Counted from the first letter of the stretch, positions 18,101-27,041 are shown. The stretch: 59,935 nt of DNA from a virus (IMGVR_UViG_3300005764_000020:1-59935); one strand, 5' to 3'. Made by a program: numbers and translations. The notes: generated from the sequence alone by a model not told the origin.

Positions 18101-18621
18101 CCTGGGCCGATTTGATTCACGTACACGGCTTCGGGCAAAAGACAGTGGACAAGATTAGAGATTGGGCGGAGAAGGAGGATCCATTCCAGACCTACGTGCT
18201 CGACCGACAGATCGCTCGTGTCAAGGATTGGATCCTGACACAGGAGCAGCTACCTTCACCTTCGCATAATGCGGCAGAAGTACCGTACGAGCGCGGTAAG
18301 GATGTACAGATCACTTGGCTCGGTACCATCCTGCACCGTAACCTGCGCGACATTTGGGAGACCAACCGGGCGAGAGGAGAGGAACTCGATCCAGAGACAG
18401 TACGCAATCCAGAGCTAAACGAATTTGTCCTCATGGCCGGTTACGACGGTGAGGAGATTGTATCCGTGCGCATCAACCGTTTTCTCTATCCTAGATTCAA
18501 GCGGATGATCTGGAATATCCGTTTGAACGAACACCTTGTCCTGGTGCGCGGTGTCAAACCTGGCTACCGTAGCGCCCGAGAGATAAACGCCTCACGTATA
18601 TGGGTCATTGATCCAGAATGA
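15175..18621 (+). CDS. dnaE: DNA polymerase III alpha subunit with PHP domain (start may be downstream, near 15430)
   Basis: SLHHHSTYSFLDG, ALTEHGN, KPIFGCE, RGSAV.S, FERF, PDIDVDF, GVHAAG, KLDFLGL, YAFN.AH. Confidence 0.95.
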   Translation: MGRDKTRYRYTKPKVVERERAMEAPSDKALSRPWNIYDAPVRNLDAAKISAFSGRDRLRQECGHEQPAYVRKDRRTARVPRQVQAMRFRSLHHHSTYSFLDGYALPEAHVRRAAELGMDSLALTEHGNLASHVKFEQSSRSAGVKPIFGCEFYCGPIDEERRAQTKNHLTVIAESEGGYRNLLSLVTSANGRGFFYHPTVSGRDLATQAAGLFILSGCQGSLLFTSLMGGKGIEREHASFRRAKSVAQRFKRTFGDRYYIEVQAFPELRDTCVANEALAEIARQTGIPLVATLDCHYTIPTEKELQQILHNVRPGKQLTLDEQIRNWGYDANLCPEVSDKALLRKLIATGIPRQQAIQAILATEEIAQECNVELPKLPMVRYVGDDGRTPHELAWDWLREGWRLRRLHRLSYSERQAYAERVKYEMSIIEEKDFVDYFLIVADAMRFAKRRGIAADPRGSAVASVVCWLLQITELDPFKYDHLIFERFIDLNRVDLPDIDVDFESDRRVEVEQYLAQRYGSECVSKIATFTMYKARNALDDVAHAFQIPKYELDPLKEVLIERSSGDLRASATIEDTIEQFDQARNVVEKHPNVIKATLLEGNARQMGVHAAGIVVSNGPLSEVVPVVTRKVKGNDTQVVQVDKYDCAYLGLLKLDFLGLTKLDQLADCCRAIGEPTSFLYSIPLDDPEVIRGFHANDVTGIFQFDGRAVRSLNGSLKPDTLQEVCDITALARPGPLHNGAAQMYIDIKRGSVRPRMVHPALERILAKTYYQIVYQEQILRIVRDIGDFDWTDSAQIRKIISQKHGDAAFNRYKEQFVNGSRTIPERLGDDEMDRSEAEQIWGECITAGSYAFNAAHSASYGTRAWWDMWFKRHHPEAWFPAALRRVSSGATGGSGANPKASAVSKAKLDPVVVMLRDARKHGRNFQIVPPNVRQSSTTWAGRSNRIVAGFTQLPNIGESKARAIIEARKDGQVKTWADLIHVHGFGQKTVDKIRDWAEKEDPFQTYVLDRQIARVKDWILTQEQLPSPSHNAAEVPYERGKDVQITWLGTILHRNLRDIWETNRARGEELDPETVRNPELNEFVLMAGYDGEEIVSVRINRFLYPRFKRMIWNIRLNEHLVLVRGVKPGYRSAREINASRIWVIDPE

Positions 18622-19016
18622 ATCTTCACGAAACAAAAAAGTCTCGTCGAGCATTTTTCAAGTACCATGGAACTGGCCCATGGACTTGCTTCTTCTGTGG
18701 AGAGGAGGTTGACAGCACGGAGGATGATCGTCGTGATGGACTGCATGTTCATCATGAGGATGGTGACACAGAACGGAATACCCCCGACAATCTAAAACCA
18801 GCTCATGGTCGGTGTCACAATCGACATCACCTCACTGGAAACAAACGTGGTGTTGGGAACCGTTGTGCACCAGGCTGTACATGTCATAGACACAATCCGA
18901 GCGAGGAAACTAGGGCCAGAATAAGCGCAGCGGTGAAGGATCATATCAAACGACACGGCCTATCACCGCGAAGCCGTTGTGAGCCCGGATGTACTTGCGG
19001 AAGGCATCGCAGATGA
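18618..19016 (+). CDS. HNH endonuclease with Cys-rich C-terminus
   Basis: CFFCG...LHVHHEDGD..RN..DNL..AHGRCHNRHH; SEETRARIS. Confidence 0.8.
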   Translation: MNLHETKKSRRAFFKYHGTGPWTCFFCGEEVDSTEDDRRDGLHVHHEDGDTERNTPDNLKPAHGRCHNRHHLTGNKRGVGNRCAPGCTCHRHNPSEETRARISAAVKDHIKRHGLSPRSRCEPGCTCGRHRR

Positions 19017-19043
19017 TCTGGGGACTACTAACATTGGAGGTAA

Positions 19044-19478
19044 ATGAAAGCACTCGCCGCCATGATAGTGACGCTGGCAGGTATAAGCGTCCCTATAGCA
19101 ACGTCGAGTACGTTCAATTCACTCCATGCACAAGCCAGGTATCACGCAATGCATGGTGGGATCCAAGGCTCGTGCTACGGATGCGCGACCTATCGTATGA
19201 AGTCCATGTCCCGCCGATTGGTGATCGAGCGGTTCAGTTCCGCCGGATCTGGGGCGGTGAGCTGGGCTTTATGCGTCGTCGGCCGAGAATCGGGATTCAA
19301 TCCGGGCGCCATCAACTCAAGTTCGGGCGCGGCAGGACTGTTCCAATTCCTCGGCCATCCGCAGTACAGCTACTGGAGGCTCACGCACGATCCTGTATAC
19401 CAAGTACAGGCGGCATGGCAGTTATCTCACCATGCCAGAGACCACTCCCCTTGGTATGGGGGAGGCTACAGCTGCTAG
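19044..19478 (+). CDS. Secreted lytic transglycosylase-like protein
   Basis: Signal peptide; RESGFNPGAINSSSGAAGLFQFL. Confidence 0.8.
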   Translation: MKALAAMIVTLAGISVPIATSSTFNSLHAQARYHAMHGGIQGSCYGCATYRMKSMSRRLVIERFSSAGSGAVSWALCVVGRESGFNPGAINSSSGAAGLFQFLGHPQYSYWRLTHDPVYQVQAAWQLSHHARDHSPWYGGGYSC

Positions 19479-19491
19479 AAAGGAGCAGAGT

Positions 19492-19836
19492 GTGAATACA
19501 CTCGGAGCACTTGCCGAAGTCGTAGCGGAGGATTGCGGTATCTCCAAGCGACTGGCGCTCGACGTGCTCAGGTCGGTGATTGCTAACGTACAGTTGGAGC
19601 TACAAGATGGGAACGAAGTCAAGATCCCCGGCTTTGTTAGCTTCCAGTACCGGGTGAGACCCGGCAAGAAGAAGGGCACAGTCGTTCGCAATCCATTCGA
19701 CGGGACAGAGCGCAAGCTCGACGCAGCGCAACCGGCGAAGATCCTCGTCAGGCCTCGTGTCTCAACGGCGATCAGGAACGCTGCGCCCTCGCCCCGGACA
19801 GCCGCCGGCAAAGCGATCATGGCGGAGAAGGGATAA
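19492..19836 (+). CDS. HU/IHF-family DNA-binding protein
   Basis: VAEDCGISK..A...G.EVKIPGFVSF...RNPFDG...PAK; RBS AGAAAGGAG. Confidence 0.85.
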   Translation: MNTLGALAEVVAEDCGISKRLALDVLRSVIANVQLELQDGNEVKIPGFVSFQYRVRPGKKKGTVVRNPFDGTERKLDAAQPAKILVRPRVSTAIRNAAPSPRTAAGKAIMAEKG

Positions 19837-19839
19837 CCC

Positions 19840-20730
19840 GTGCGCGCCCCAATCGACATCGACGGTTCGGCTTACTCAACCAGCCGCGCACCATCTGACT
19901 TCTCAGAACATACGCTGACTCGGGATGTAGCATTCAATCGGCACTCGAAGAATCAGCAGGGCACTCACATCAGCCCGTTCGACCAGGGCCACATCGATGT
20001 TGGCACGGATGACATCAAGGTGCGGCTCGTCCAGGGTATCAATGAACGTGACTTCGCCCGTGTTCTCAAGAAAGCGCAGATGGCTACCATCGGTCTGGAC
20101 ATCGAGGCAGCCGACGATGACGATGAGGGCTGGGAGGAAATGCTCAAGGGCGGTCTACAAACCGCCCTTGAGTCCCAGACCATCGTGTTTGAGGTATCGG
20201 GCGTCTCACGGACGGCGACGCATCAGATTGTCCGCAGTCGCCGCGCCGCGTTCCATCAACAAAGCCAGCGGGCCTCCTGGATGGGTCAGCACCCGAACGT
20301 CCGGATACCGGAGTCAGTCTGGCGTGATAGTCATGTACGTGACAAGTGGTACAAAGCGATCCAAGCCTGCCATGAGGCGTACTCAGCAGCCTGTACCCAG
20401 GACATCTCCTATCAGGATGCGCGCTTCATCCTGCCGGAAGGCACTACGACGTACATCATGTGCGAGTACACCGTGCGCGAGTTCTTGGCCGTGTACGCCT
20501 ACCGGGCCTGCTACCTCTTCCAATGGGAAATCTGCCACGTGTTCCATGAGATGGGCAGACTCCTCACCGCAGCCCATCCTTGGCTAGAACCATATGTGAA
20601 GATAACTTGCGAAAGGAGTCACATCTGCGAATTTCAGGGCTGGGAAACTGTCGAAGGTCAATGTCCTCTTCCCTATGCAATTGAAGAGAATCGGAGATAC
20701 AAGCCCAAGAAAGAACTCCAGATCACATGA
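19840..20730 (+). CDS. thyX: ThyX-like flavin-dependent thymidylate synthase, variant motif
   Basis: LE...FEVSGVSR.ATHQIVRSRRAAFHQQSQR, QDARFILP, R.C...QWEI. Confidence 0.85.
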   Translation: MRAPIDIDGSAYSTSRAPSDFSEHTLTRDVAFNRHSKNQQGTHISPFDQGHIDVGTDDIKVRLVQGINERDFARVLKKAQMATIGLDIEAADDDDEGWEEMLKGGLQTALESQTIVFEVSGVSRTATHQIVRSRRAAFHQQSQRASWMGQHPNVRIPESVWRDSHVRDKWYKAIQACHEAYSAACTQDISYQDARFILPEGTTTYIMCEYTVREFLAVYAYRACYLFQWEICHVFHEMGRLLTAAHPWLEPYVKITCERSHICEFQGWETVEGQCPLPYAIEENRRYKPKKELQIT

Positions 20731-21131
20731 GGAACTGGACACCTATCCTGTTTCACCATTGTGCGAAGTTCGACCGCATCATGCCAGCAGAAAGCATACC
20801 TGCGACCGACGACTGTGTACCATGGCCGGGCAAATTCAAAGGTGGATACCCTGACTGTGGTGGAGTGTATGCTCATCGAGTAGCCTACACACTCTACTAT
20901 GGACAGATCCCTGAGAACTACACAATCGACCATACTTGCTTCAACAAGGCTTGTGTCAATCCTCGTCACCTGGAAGCAGTGACGGCTGGCGAGAACATCG
21001 CTCGCGCTAGGCGGGTGGGCCTATACGATGCTCAGCGTAAAGCATCTAGCGAGTCGATGAAGAGACGTATGGCCGATCCGGCATATGCCGAGAAAGTAAG
21101 GAGAGCCAGGTGGCAGAACAAGAGAATATAG
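20727..21131 (+). CDS. HNH endonuclease
   Basis: CVPW.G...AHRVAY...IDHTCFNKACVNPRHLEAVT..EN. Confidence 0.9.
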   Translation: MRNWTPILFHHCAKFDRIMPAESIPATDDCVPWPGKFKGGYPDCGGVYAHRVAYTLYYGQIPENYTIDHTCFNKACVNPRHLEAVTAGENIARARRVGLYDAQRKASSESMKRRMADPAYAEKVRRARWQNKRI

Positions 21132-21133
21132 TG

Positions 21134-21310
21134 ATGACCAACGTGGTCGCAATCTACACAGACGAGCTAGTAGTGTACCCGGTCGGTCACCAGGTGGAGT
21201 GGTTCAAGGACGAGCTAGGTACAGTCTGGTGCAAGTTCAATAGCCCGGAAGAAGAAGCGAACACGACCTGTATCCCGCAACTCTACGTGACGAGGGTAGA
21301 CTTGGAGTGA
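21134..21310 (+). CDS. Hypothetical protein
   Basis: Fills the gap between flanking genes; GTGA overlap with next gene. Confidence 0.5.
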   Translation: MTNVVAIYTDELVVYPVGHQVEWFKDELGTVWCKFNSPEEEANTTCIPQLYVTRVDLE

Positions 21311-21750
21311 GAGCGAAGTCCGGGTCAGGCGAGCCTGAGGTTGTGCGAGCGGAGGATCTGGGCAGGATTCTCCGCTCAGCACGCTACCGTTACGATGCCC
21401 TACACCCAGAGCAGGAACCAAACTGGCGCACAACGAGAGGCAACCGCAAACCGCAGCTTACCTTCCAGGGCTACCTCGCTCATCGCTGCCGGATCGTAGA
21501 CCCGCTCGAAATTGGCATCAATGAACGGCGCATCTACGGCCTCATCAAAGGGACTGAGCAAAAGTATGTCGGTCTCTGGACAGCTGATCTTGTCTTGACC
21601 GCGCTCGGGCTCAGCGACAAGCTCGATACCGAGGAGCTACCAGTCTTGAAGAATCCTCGCTGGAGCCAGGAGCGCTGGGATGCCTACATGGCGGCTGCCG
21701 GTGTCTCGATGCGCATGTCTGCTCCCTCTCCGACCGGAAAGGTCACATGA
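21307..21750 (+). CDS. Hypothetical protein, possibly DNA-binding
   Basis: GINERRIYGLI...V.LWTAD.VL.ALG. Confidence 0.65.
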   Translation: MRAKSGSGEPEVVRAEDLGRILRSARYRYDALHPEQEPNWRTTRGNRKPQLTFQGYLAHRCRIVDPLEIGINERRIYGLIKGTEQKYVGLWTADLVLTALGLSDKLDTEELPVLKNPRWSQERWDAYMAAAGVSMRMSAPSPTGKVT

Positions 21751-22025
21751 CACTATCACGAAAAGATCGAGGCTTTGTACTCGGCCTCGGGATGAACAAC
21801 TTCGGACAAGATAAGGCATCCATCCATGATTGGGTAAAACGACGCAAGCCGCGCAAAGGTTACTGTTCTCGATGCTACAAGATCTGCCGCACCCACTTCG
21901 CGAATACGAACGGGCATGTGTATCGTCGGCGCATCAAAGACTACATTGAGCTATGCCCGGCGTGTCACGGTCTGTTCGACCGTAACGGACAAGTTTGGCC
22001 CGAAGATTCGGATGGAGACAGCTAG
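21747..22025 (+). CDS. Small HNH-like endonuclease, paralog of 5835..6092
   Basis: IHDWVKRR..CSRC...FAN...YRRRI.DYIELCPACH. Confidence 0.7.
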   Translation: MTLSRKDRGFVLGLGMNNFGQDKASIHDWVKRRKPRKGYCSRCYKICRTHFANTNGHVYRRRIKDYIELCPACHGLFDRNGQVWPEDSDGDS

Positions 22026-22179
22026 TACGGTCGCGGCTAGCTACCGGACAGCGCCGAACGGCTTTGTATTTCGTGCCTTACAATCCGTTCTAGCGTTCGG
22101 ACGGGCCCGCGACCATGGTAGAAACAGCGAATTGTACGCAATTTTATACAAACTTCTAGCTATACTTTCGATAGTTATG

Positions 22180-23379
22180 TTATGCGAGCCGTAGCGGGAA
22201 CGCCTTGACCCATGCTTTGATGACGTTGGTAGGGTTCGCCGCGTCCATCGTGCCGAAGGCGTAGGCTGCTGCCGACTGGCCGGATGTCGCCGCTGCGTAG
22301 TCGTTGGCGACTTCGACCGTCTGCGCCGTGTGGCCGCCGGTTGGATCGAGCCAGCCTTCGCCCTGGATCCCTTGCATGCCGCCGATCCCTGTACCAAGGT
22401 TGAGGTGCGATCCGAGAGTGGAAGGGTTGCCACGGTCGAACACGCCACCCGCCTCTAGCCGGTACTCGCCCGCACGCGGTAGCTGGACTTGCGCGACGAG
22501 CCCTGCCGAGGCAGGCAGAGGGATGGCGCCGCTCAGCGAGGCATACATCGGCTCCTGCCTCCCGATACACTTCCACTTGTACTGCGTGGCTTCGGCCGAC
22601 TCGTAGCGGACGTGCCAGACTGTTCGGCTATTGATGGCGATGTACACCTCCAGACCGTCTACCGGCCCAGATGGAGGGAACGAGGCAATCGGGAGATACT
22701 GCGCAGCCCGCAGCGAACCAATGACGATCCGGATCCACTGAGTGCCGTCCGACTGATAGATGTCGCCCGTGTCCGTCTGGATGAAGAAGCAGTATGGAGA
22801 GTTAGCAGGATTCGCAACTCCCATCTGCGCCGCTGTTCCGCGCAGGTGCACGAGCGAGTAGTCAATTGGATCCCCACCCGTGGGAGCATGCTGGGTATGG
22901 TGGGTTCCAGGTGCTGCCTTCCCGGCCTCGACTCCCAGAGCGCGTACGGCCATGTCAGCTGCGCCCGCGAGTTCAGTCGGCACAAGGTGGGGATCCAACT
23001 TGGGGATCGTGACAGAGCCATCCAATGGCACTCGCTGATCACTGAGGCGTGGGTCGTTGCCAGCACAGGCTTGATGGCCGCCGGTGCCGAGAGTACGCAG
23101 CGACGGCACGCCAGCCTCTCCATCGACCGGCGCACTGCTCGTGATCGGATCCCAGCCAGCCCCGTTGTCCCGGTAGAGGATGCCCTGGTCGGTCGCGAAC
23201 CAGTAGCGGCCTTTCTTGCCTGGTGTCTGCGCTGTCGATACCGGCATTGTCGCGACCGTACCCTGGTCGTCCATTGCGACGTTGTCCAGATCGGATGCGA
23301 GATTCCTGAATGCCTGCGGGCCGTCGGCAACATCGGTTAGCTCTGGATACCGTAAACTCCATCTGGCTGTCTGGCCCAT
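22180..23379 (-). CDS. Tail fibre / receptor-binding protein
   Basis: Last gene of baseplate cluster; LRYPE..D.AD.P...LA.DLD N-terminus; HHTQHAPTGGDP. Confidence 0.7.
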   Translation of the reverse strand: MGQTARWSLRYPELTDVADGPQAFRNLASDLDNVAMDDQGTVATMPVSTAQTPGKKGRYWFATDQGILYRDNGAGWDPITSSAPVDGEAGVPSLRTLGTGGHQACAGNDPRLSDQRVPLDGSVTIPKLDPHLVPTELAGAADMAVRALGVEAGKAAPGTHHTQHAPTGGDPIDYSLVHLRGTAAQMGVANPANSPYCFFIQTDTGDIYQSDGTQWIRIVIGSLRAAQYLPIASFPPSGPVDGLEVYIAINSRTVWHVRYESAEATQYKWKCIGRQEPMYASLSGAIPLPASAGLVAQVQLPRAGEYRLEAGGVFDRGNPSTLGSHLNLGTGIGGMQGIQGEGWLDPTGGHTAQTVEVANDYAAATSGQSAAAYAFGTMDAANPTNVIKAWVKAFPLRLA

Positions 23380-23389
23380 CTATCCTCCC

Positions 23390-24919
23390 TCAGTAGTAGG
23401 TGACATCTCTTAAGTGCTCCCAGTCTGGGTAGTCCGACTTAGCTAGGGCCCAAGTGCGCTGTGTAGTCGGCGGGTAGTGATCGCGTAGCCACAACCAGAT
23501 CTGACCCGCGCGAGATAGCAAGCTCAACTGGAGACCACCCGGCTTGGCGGCCAGCAGAGCGGATAGTGTCAAGTTCTGGTTCGGTGTCTCGGACTGGTAG
23601 GTAATGAACGTGATGTGGTATGGTTGATCGACCGTACCGAATGCAGGGTTGTAGCGCTCGTAACAGATCACCGTCTTGTTCCCGGCGAGCGTAGACTGTG
23701 CTGCCTTGATCATGGCATCCTTCGTCCCTCGATGCCAGCCCGGCGCATCTTTAATCGTGTCACGCTTCTGTTGACTCTCCATTAGGTCGAAGCCGAGTAT
23801 CGGGATCCCCACAAACTGAGCCAGCCAATTCAGCCACCAGCTAGGCACCTCGTCAACGTTCAGCGCTAGCTGCCAGCCAGGGTCTACGCCGAATGCGTAG
23901 GGCTCGTGGTAGTTGTAGGCGATAGCCTTGAAGTACCAGAGCATTGGCCAGCCCAGCGATTCGTCCGCCCAGGTGAGCGGTTGCATCGCCTCGTACATCA
24001 AATATGTCCAGGGGCCATCGAGCGCAGGAGTGTCGCGCGGATCCGGCGGTGGCGGAGGAGGTGGAGGTGGCGGAGCTTCGATTGGCGGGAACGCCGGTAC
24101 ATCCGTATGCCCAGTCGGTGATAGGCGCGTCACCGTGACGACGCCGTACGGGACTCCCGTTCGCATTGTGTTGCCGGGAGTCGGCCGTGTCAGGTCTAGC
24201 CTGGCTGGGCCGATCCCCGGTGCCATCGTTGTCCCTGGCCCGATAGCAGTGAAGGTCGAAATGCTGGGTGGTACGGGCTGCCCCATCGCCTTGCTCGGCG
24301 TCGGCGGGACTGCCGTCAAGTTCTCAATTGCCGGAACACTCTGGGCAGTGACCCCGAGAGCGCCGCCACCGAAGTCATCGACCTGTCCGCCTTGAACGAG
24401 GCGGATACCGATGTAGCTGCTCGCCGGGAACGATTTGCCAGTATCGGTGACCTGTGCGTACTGTACCCAGGGACCGGTGTCATCGAACCAGAGTGTAAAC
24501 TGGGGATTGCCTCCATTGTTCTTCATCTGCACCCACATGCGGGTGTTAGCTGACTTATGATCAGCAACCTGATAGAGCACAGATGTTTCGCCGCCAGCCT
24601 CCCAGCGCGTGATCTCGATGATGTTGGCGTTCATGTCGTTGCGGATCTTCCAGAAGTACCCGACAGCGATCATCCCAATCATGAGCTGGCAGTTCTGCCC
24701 AGACCCCGCCATAGTGAAGAACACTTCAGTCGGGCCAGTCAAGACCGTATTCCAGTAAGAGGATGACGGATTACCGCCAATCGCTGTGCGGCACTGGTTA
24801 TTGCCAATCCGCAGAACATCCTCCATCCCAGCGGCTGCTGGTGATGACCAGTTCGAGCCGAGCGACGAGCTATCCGCTCGGTTGAAGTTGTCGAGGGTGG
24901 GAGTCTGCGGAGCGGCCAT
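23390..24919 (-). CDS. Baseplate wedge protein (P2 gpI-like) with extra N-terminal domain
   Basis: WLNWLAQFVG...R..IK....WHRGTK.AM; follows baseplate J; poly-Pro linker. Confidence 0.75.
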   Translation of the reverse strand: MAAPQTPTLDNFNRADSSSLGSNWSSPAAAGMEDVLRIGNNQCRTAIGGNPSSSYWNTVLTGPTEVFFTMAGSGQNCQLMIGMIAVGYFWKIRNDMNANIIEITRWEAGGETSVLYQVADHKSANTRMWVQMKNNGGNPQFTLWFDDTGPWVQYAQVTDTGKSFPASSYIGIRLVQGGQVDDFGGGALGVTAQSVPAIENLTAVPPTPSKAMGQPVPPSISTFTAIGPGTTMAPGIGPARLDLTRPTPGNTMRTGVPYGVVTVTRLSPTGHTDVPAFPPIEAPPPPPPPPPPDPRDTPALDGPWTYLMYEAMQPLTWADESLGWPMLWYFKAIAYNYHEPYAFGVDPGWQLALNVDEVPSWWLNWLAQFVGIPILGFDLMESQQKRDTIKDAPGWHRGTKDAMIKAAQSTLAGNKTVICYERYNPAFGTVDQPYHITFITYQSETPNQNLTLSALLAAKPGGLQLSLLSRAGQIWLWLRDHYPPTTQRTWALAKSDYPDWEHLRDVTYY

Positions 24920-26418
24920 TATGCAGTCGCCACCACAATGCTACCGGGTAGAGGCAGGGTCACGTCACCAGCCATCTGGATGTCTACGACGTTCGGTGAA
25001 GCGTTATGAAGGGCTGTCTGGAGCGAGACAATGTACGCTACACCAGGTACGTTGTTGACAACTTGAGCAACTTCAAGATAACGCACCTTCGTGTCTGGAA
25101 CCCAATCTGTGGGATCCGATCCGCCCTCACGTTGGGGACTCGGAACACCCCACTCAGATGGGCTGAGGTATTTCGTGATCGCTGCGACCACGTTTGTCTG
25201 AAGCGCGTTCGGATCAGTACCAGCTTCGGGCTTAATGGTCGTTTGTACGTCGATGGTTGTGTAGGTCGGATCGATGATCGGAACAACGAAGTTGACCTCT
25301 CGATGAGAGTCAAGGTAAGCGCCGACTGCCGCCTTGATCGCCGTCGAACAAGGCTGGCCTAGCTCATCCACGACACAGACAGTAACGTAGCGCTCGACGT
25401 TGAGCACTTCGGCTGCGCCGGTCGCGGTGCGCGTAACCGCTGCTGTATGCCCACCAGCACCAGACAACCCGGCCGGGTTAGTCGTCATCAACGCCTGAGG
25501 TGCAGATCCCAGGGTGTTGACGAACGTAATGATATATGGATCTACGGGGTTAGGCGATCCCGGCCCACCTACCACCAGGGCATTGCCTGCTCCGATTGAG
25601 CTGAGAGCCTGGAGCGCAGTCTGGAAGGCGGCAGCAGTGATGTTGTATGCGAGCGCTGGTGTCGTCTGCCCGCCAAACGTCACCGTGAACGTACCGCCAC
25701 CGGCGTTGACTTGAATCTGCTGCTGCTCGTTGATTCCGGGCTTCAGTCCGTCAATGGCGGTCGCGCGATAGACGCCAGCTATGTTCTTGGCCATCGCTGC
25801 GAAGTCCGGCGCGAGGATCGGGCGCGGCGCCATTAGCTGTAGCTGCTCGACCAGGTGGTTGAGATAGTCGGCATCTGTCTGAGCATCGACGCCACCAGTC
25901 GTTATACCGACAATCTGTACATCGGTGACGAAGCCGAGTACATCGATCAACGTTACTGGATTAGTCAGACCAGACGAGTCAGCCCCGGCGTTGACAGCAG
26001 TGATCAGCACCTCGCCAGGATCCGTCGTTGTTGAGCCTGCAGAGATCACTACATCGCCGTTCGTAACAAATGGATGATCAGTACCACTCGCATCACGCAT
26101 CGTCACTTGCGTACCATCAGGGATCGTGTAGCCGAGATCATCGAACGCCGTCCAGGTCGTGTAGCCGGTCGCCTGACTAGCATCGACCGGCGGGATGTTC
26201 ATGAGTGTGTAACCGAAGTAACGGAAGATCGAGGTGGGTACCATCGAGGTGACATCGCGTAGCTGCGCCGTCATCCGCGAGAGCGCTTCGATCAGCCAGA
26301 CCTCAAAGTTGCCTTCCTGGGGCAGCCAGCCCTGAATATTGTCTTGTAGGAACTCGAACGCATCTGTCGCCAGAACGTCCGGGTCGGTGTCAATTGGCAC
26401 TGAGATATACTCAGGCAA
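24919..26418 (-). CDS. Baseplate J-like protein
   Basis: TIPDGT, A...G, GGVDAQTDADY, DF..MA..I.GV.RA, NVPGV; TTG start inferred. Confidence 0.85.
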   Translation of the reverse strand: MPEYISVPIDTDPDVLATDAFEFLQDNIQGWLPQEGNFEVWLIEALSRMTAQLRDVTSMVPTSIFRYFGYTLMNIPPVDASQATGYTTWTAFDDLGYTIPDGTQVTMRDASGTDHPFVTNGDVVISAGSTTTDPGEVLITAVNAGADSSGLTNPVTLIDVLGFVTDVQIVGITTGGVDAQTDADYLNHLVEQLQLMAPRPILAPDFAAMAKNIAGVYRATAIDGLKPGINEQQQIQVNAGGGTFTVTFGGQTTPALAYNITAAAFQTALQALSSIGAGNALVVGGPGSPNPVDPYIITFVNTLGSAPQALMTTNPAGLSGAGGHTAAVTRTATGAAEVLNVERYVTVCVVDELGQPCSTAIKAAVGAYLDSHREVNFVVPIIDPTYTTIDVQTTIKPEAGTDPNALQTNVVAAITKYLSPSEWGVPSPQREGGSDPTDWVPDTKVRYLEVAQVVNNVPGVAYIVSLQTALHNASPNVVDIQMAGDVTLPLPGSIVVATA

Positions 26419-26764
26419 CCTGCGGCCCTCCGATCTTTGCGACACGGATCTTCACAATGTCCATCATTTCATCGAACCGATCCGGTGCCTGCTCGTAGAG
26501 ATTGTCCGCCCGCACCTCCCAGGCCTCGATCTGTTCAGCCAGGAGATCCAGATCAATACGATCACCTTCGCTGAACGTCTGATCATCGACACCGAATTGA
26601 ATCATCTCTGGCCGATAGCCCTGCGGGCAGCGAACGATGCACTGTACGCAGTCGTAGATGTCGTCGAGCGTATCTTGCTCGTTGCAATTGACTCCCCCTG
26701 GCCCCTGCCCTACAAAGCGGAACGGAAGAGCGATGTGCGGTATGATGGTGTCTTTAGTTCGCAA
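26411..26764 (-). CDS. gp25/GPW-like baseplate protein
   Basis: ALPFRF...QGYRPE..QFGV...IEAWEVRA; start uncertain. Confidence 0.75.
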   Translation of the reverse strand: MRTKDTIIPHIALPFRFVGQGPGGVNCNEQDTLDDIYDCVQCIVRCPQGYRPEMIQFGVDDQTFSEGDRIDLDLLAEQIEAWEVRADNLYEQAPDRFDEMMDIVKIRVAKIGGPQVA

Positions 26765-27041
26765 AGGGCCACCAGGCAACCACCCAGGGGTTGCGTCGAT
26801 TATCGAACAGTACGATGCAGGGGTCGCCCTGGCTAGGCAATGATTCCAAATCGCGAGCCTGCCAGGGGAGTGGGCCCCACATATGCTCGTCAGAAAAGTC
26901 CATGATGTACACGAACGCTCCGTTGCGTAGATCAGAGATATCACGAGCAAACTCAGCGTAGAACGCTCCAGCATAGTCGAGGTGCGGGTTGTTCTTGGGG
27001 TTAACCAGATCTTTGAGTCGTCCTGTGAGTGCTGGGCTCAT
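26754..27041 (-). CDS. Short baseplate spike OB-fold-like protein
   Basis: LPSQGDPCIVLFD...PWVV; lies between hub and gp25. Confidence 0.6.
   Translation of the reverse strand: MSPALTGRLKDLVNPKNNPHLDYAGAFYAEFARDISDLRNGAFVYIMDFSDEHMWGPLPWQARDLESLPSQGDPCIVLFDNRRNPWVVAWWPFAN

Noticed and set aside
15175-18621. Intein in DnaE
   Set aside because: Length is ordinary and no intein splice-junction motifs are seen; the Gly/Ser-rich insert is short
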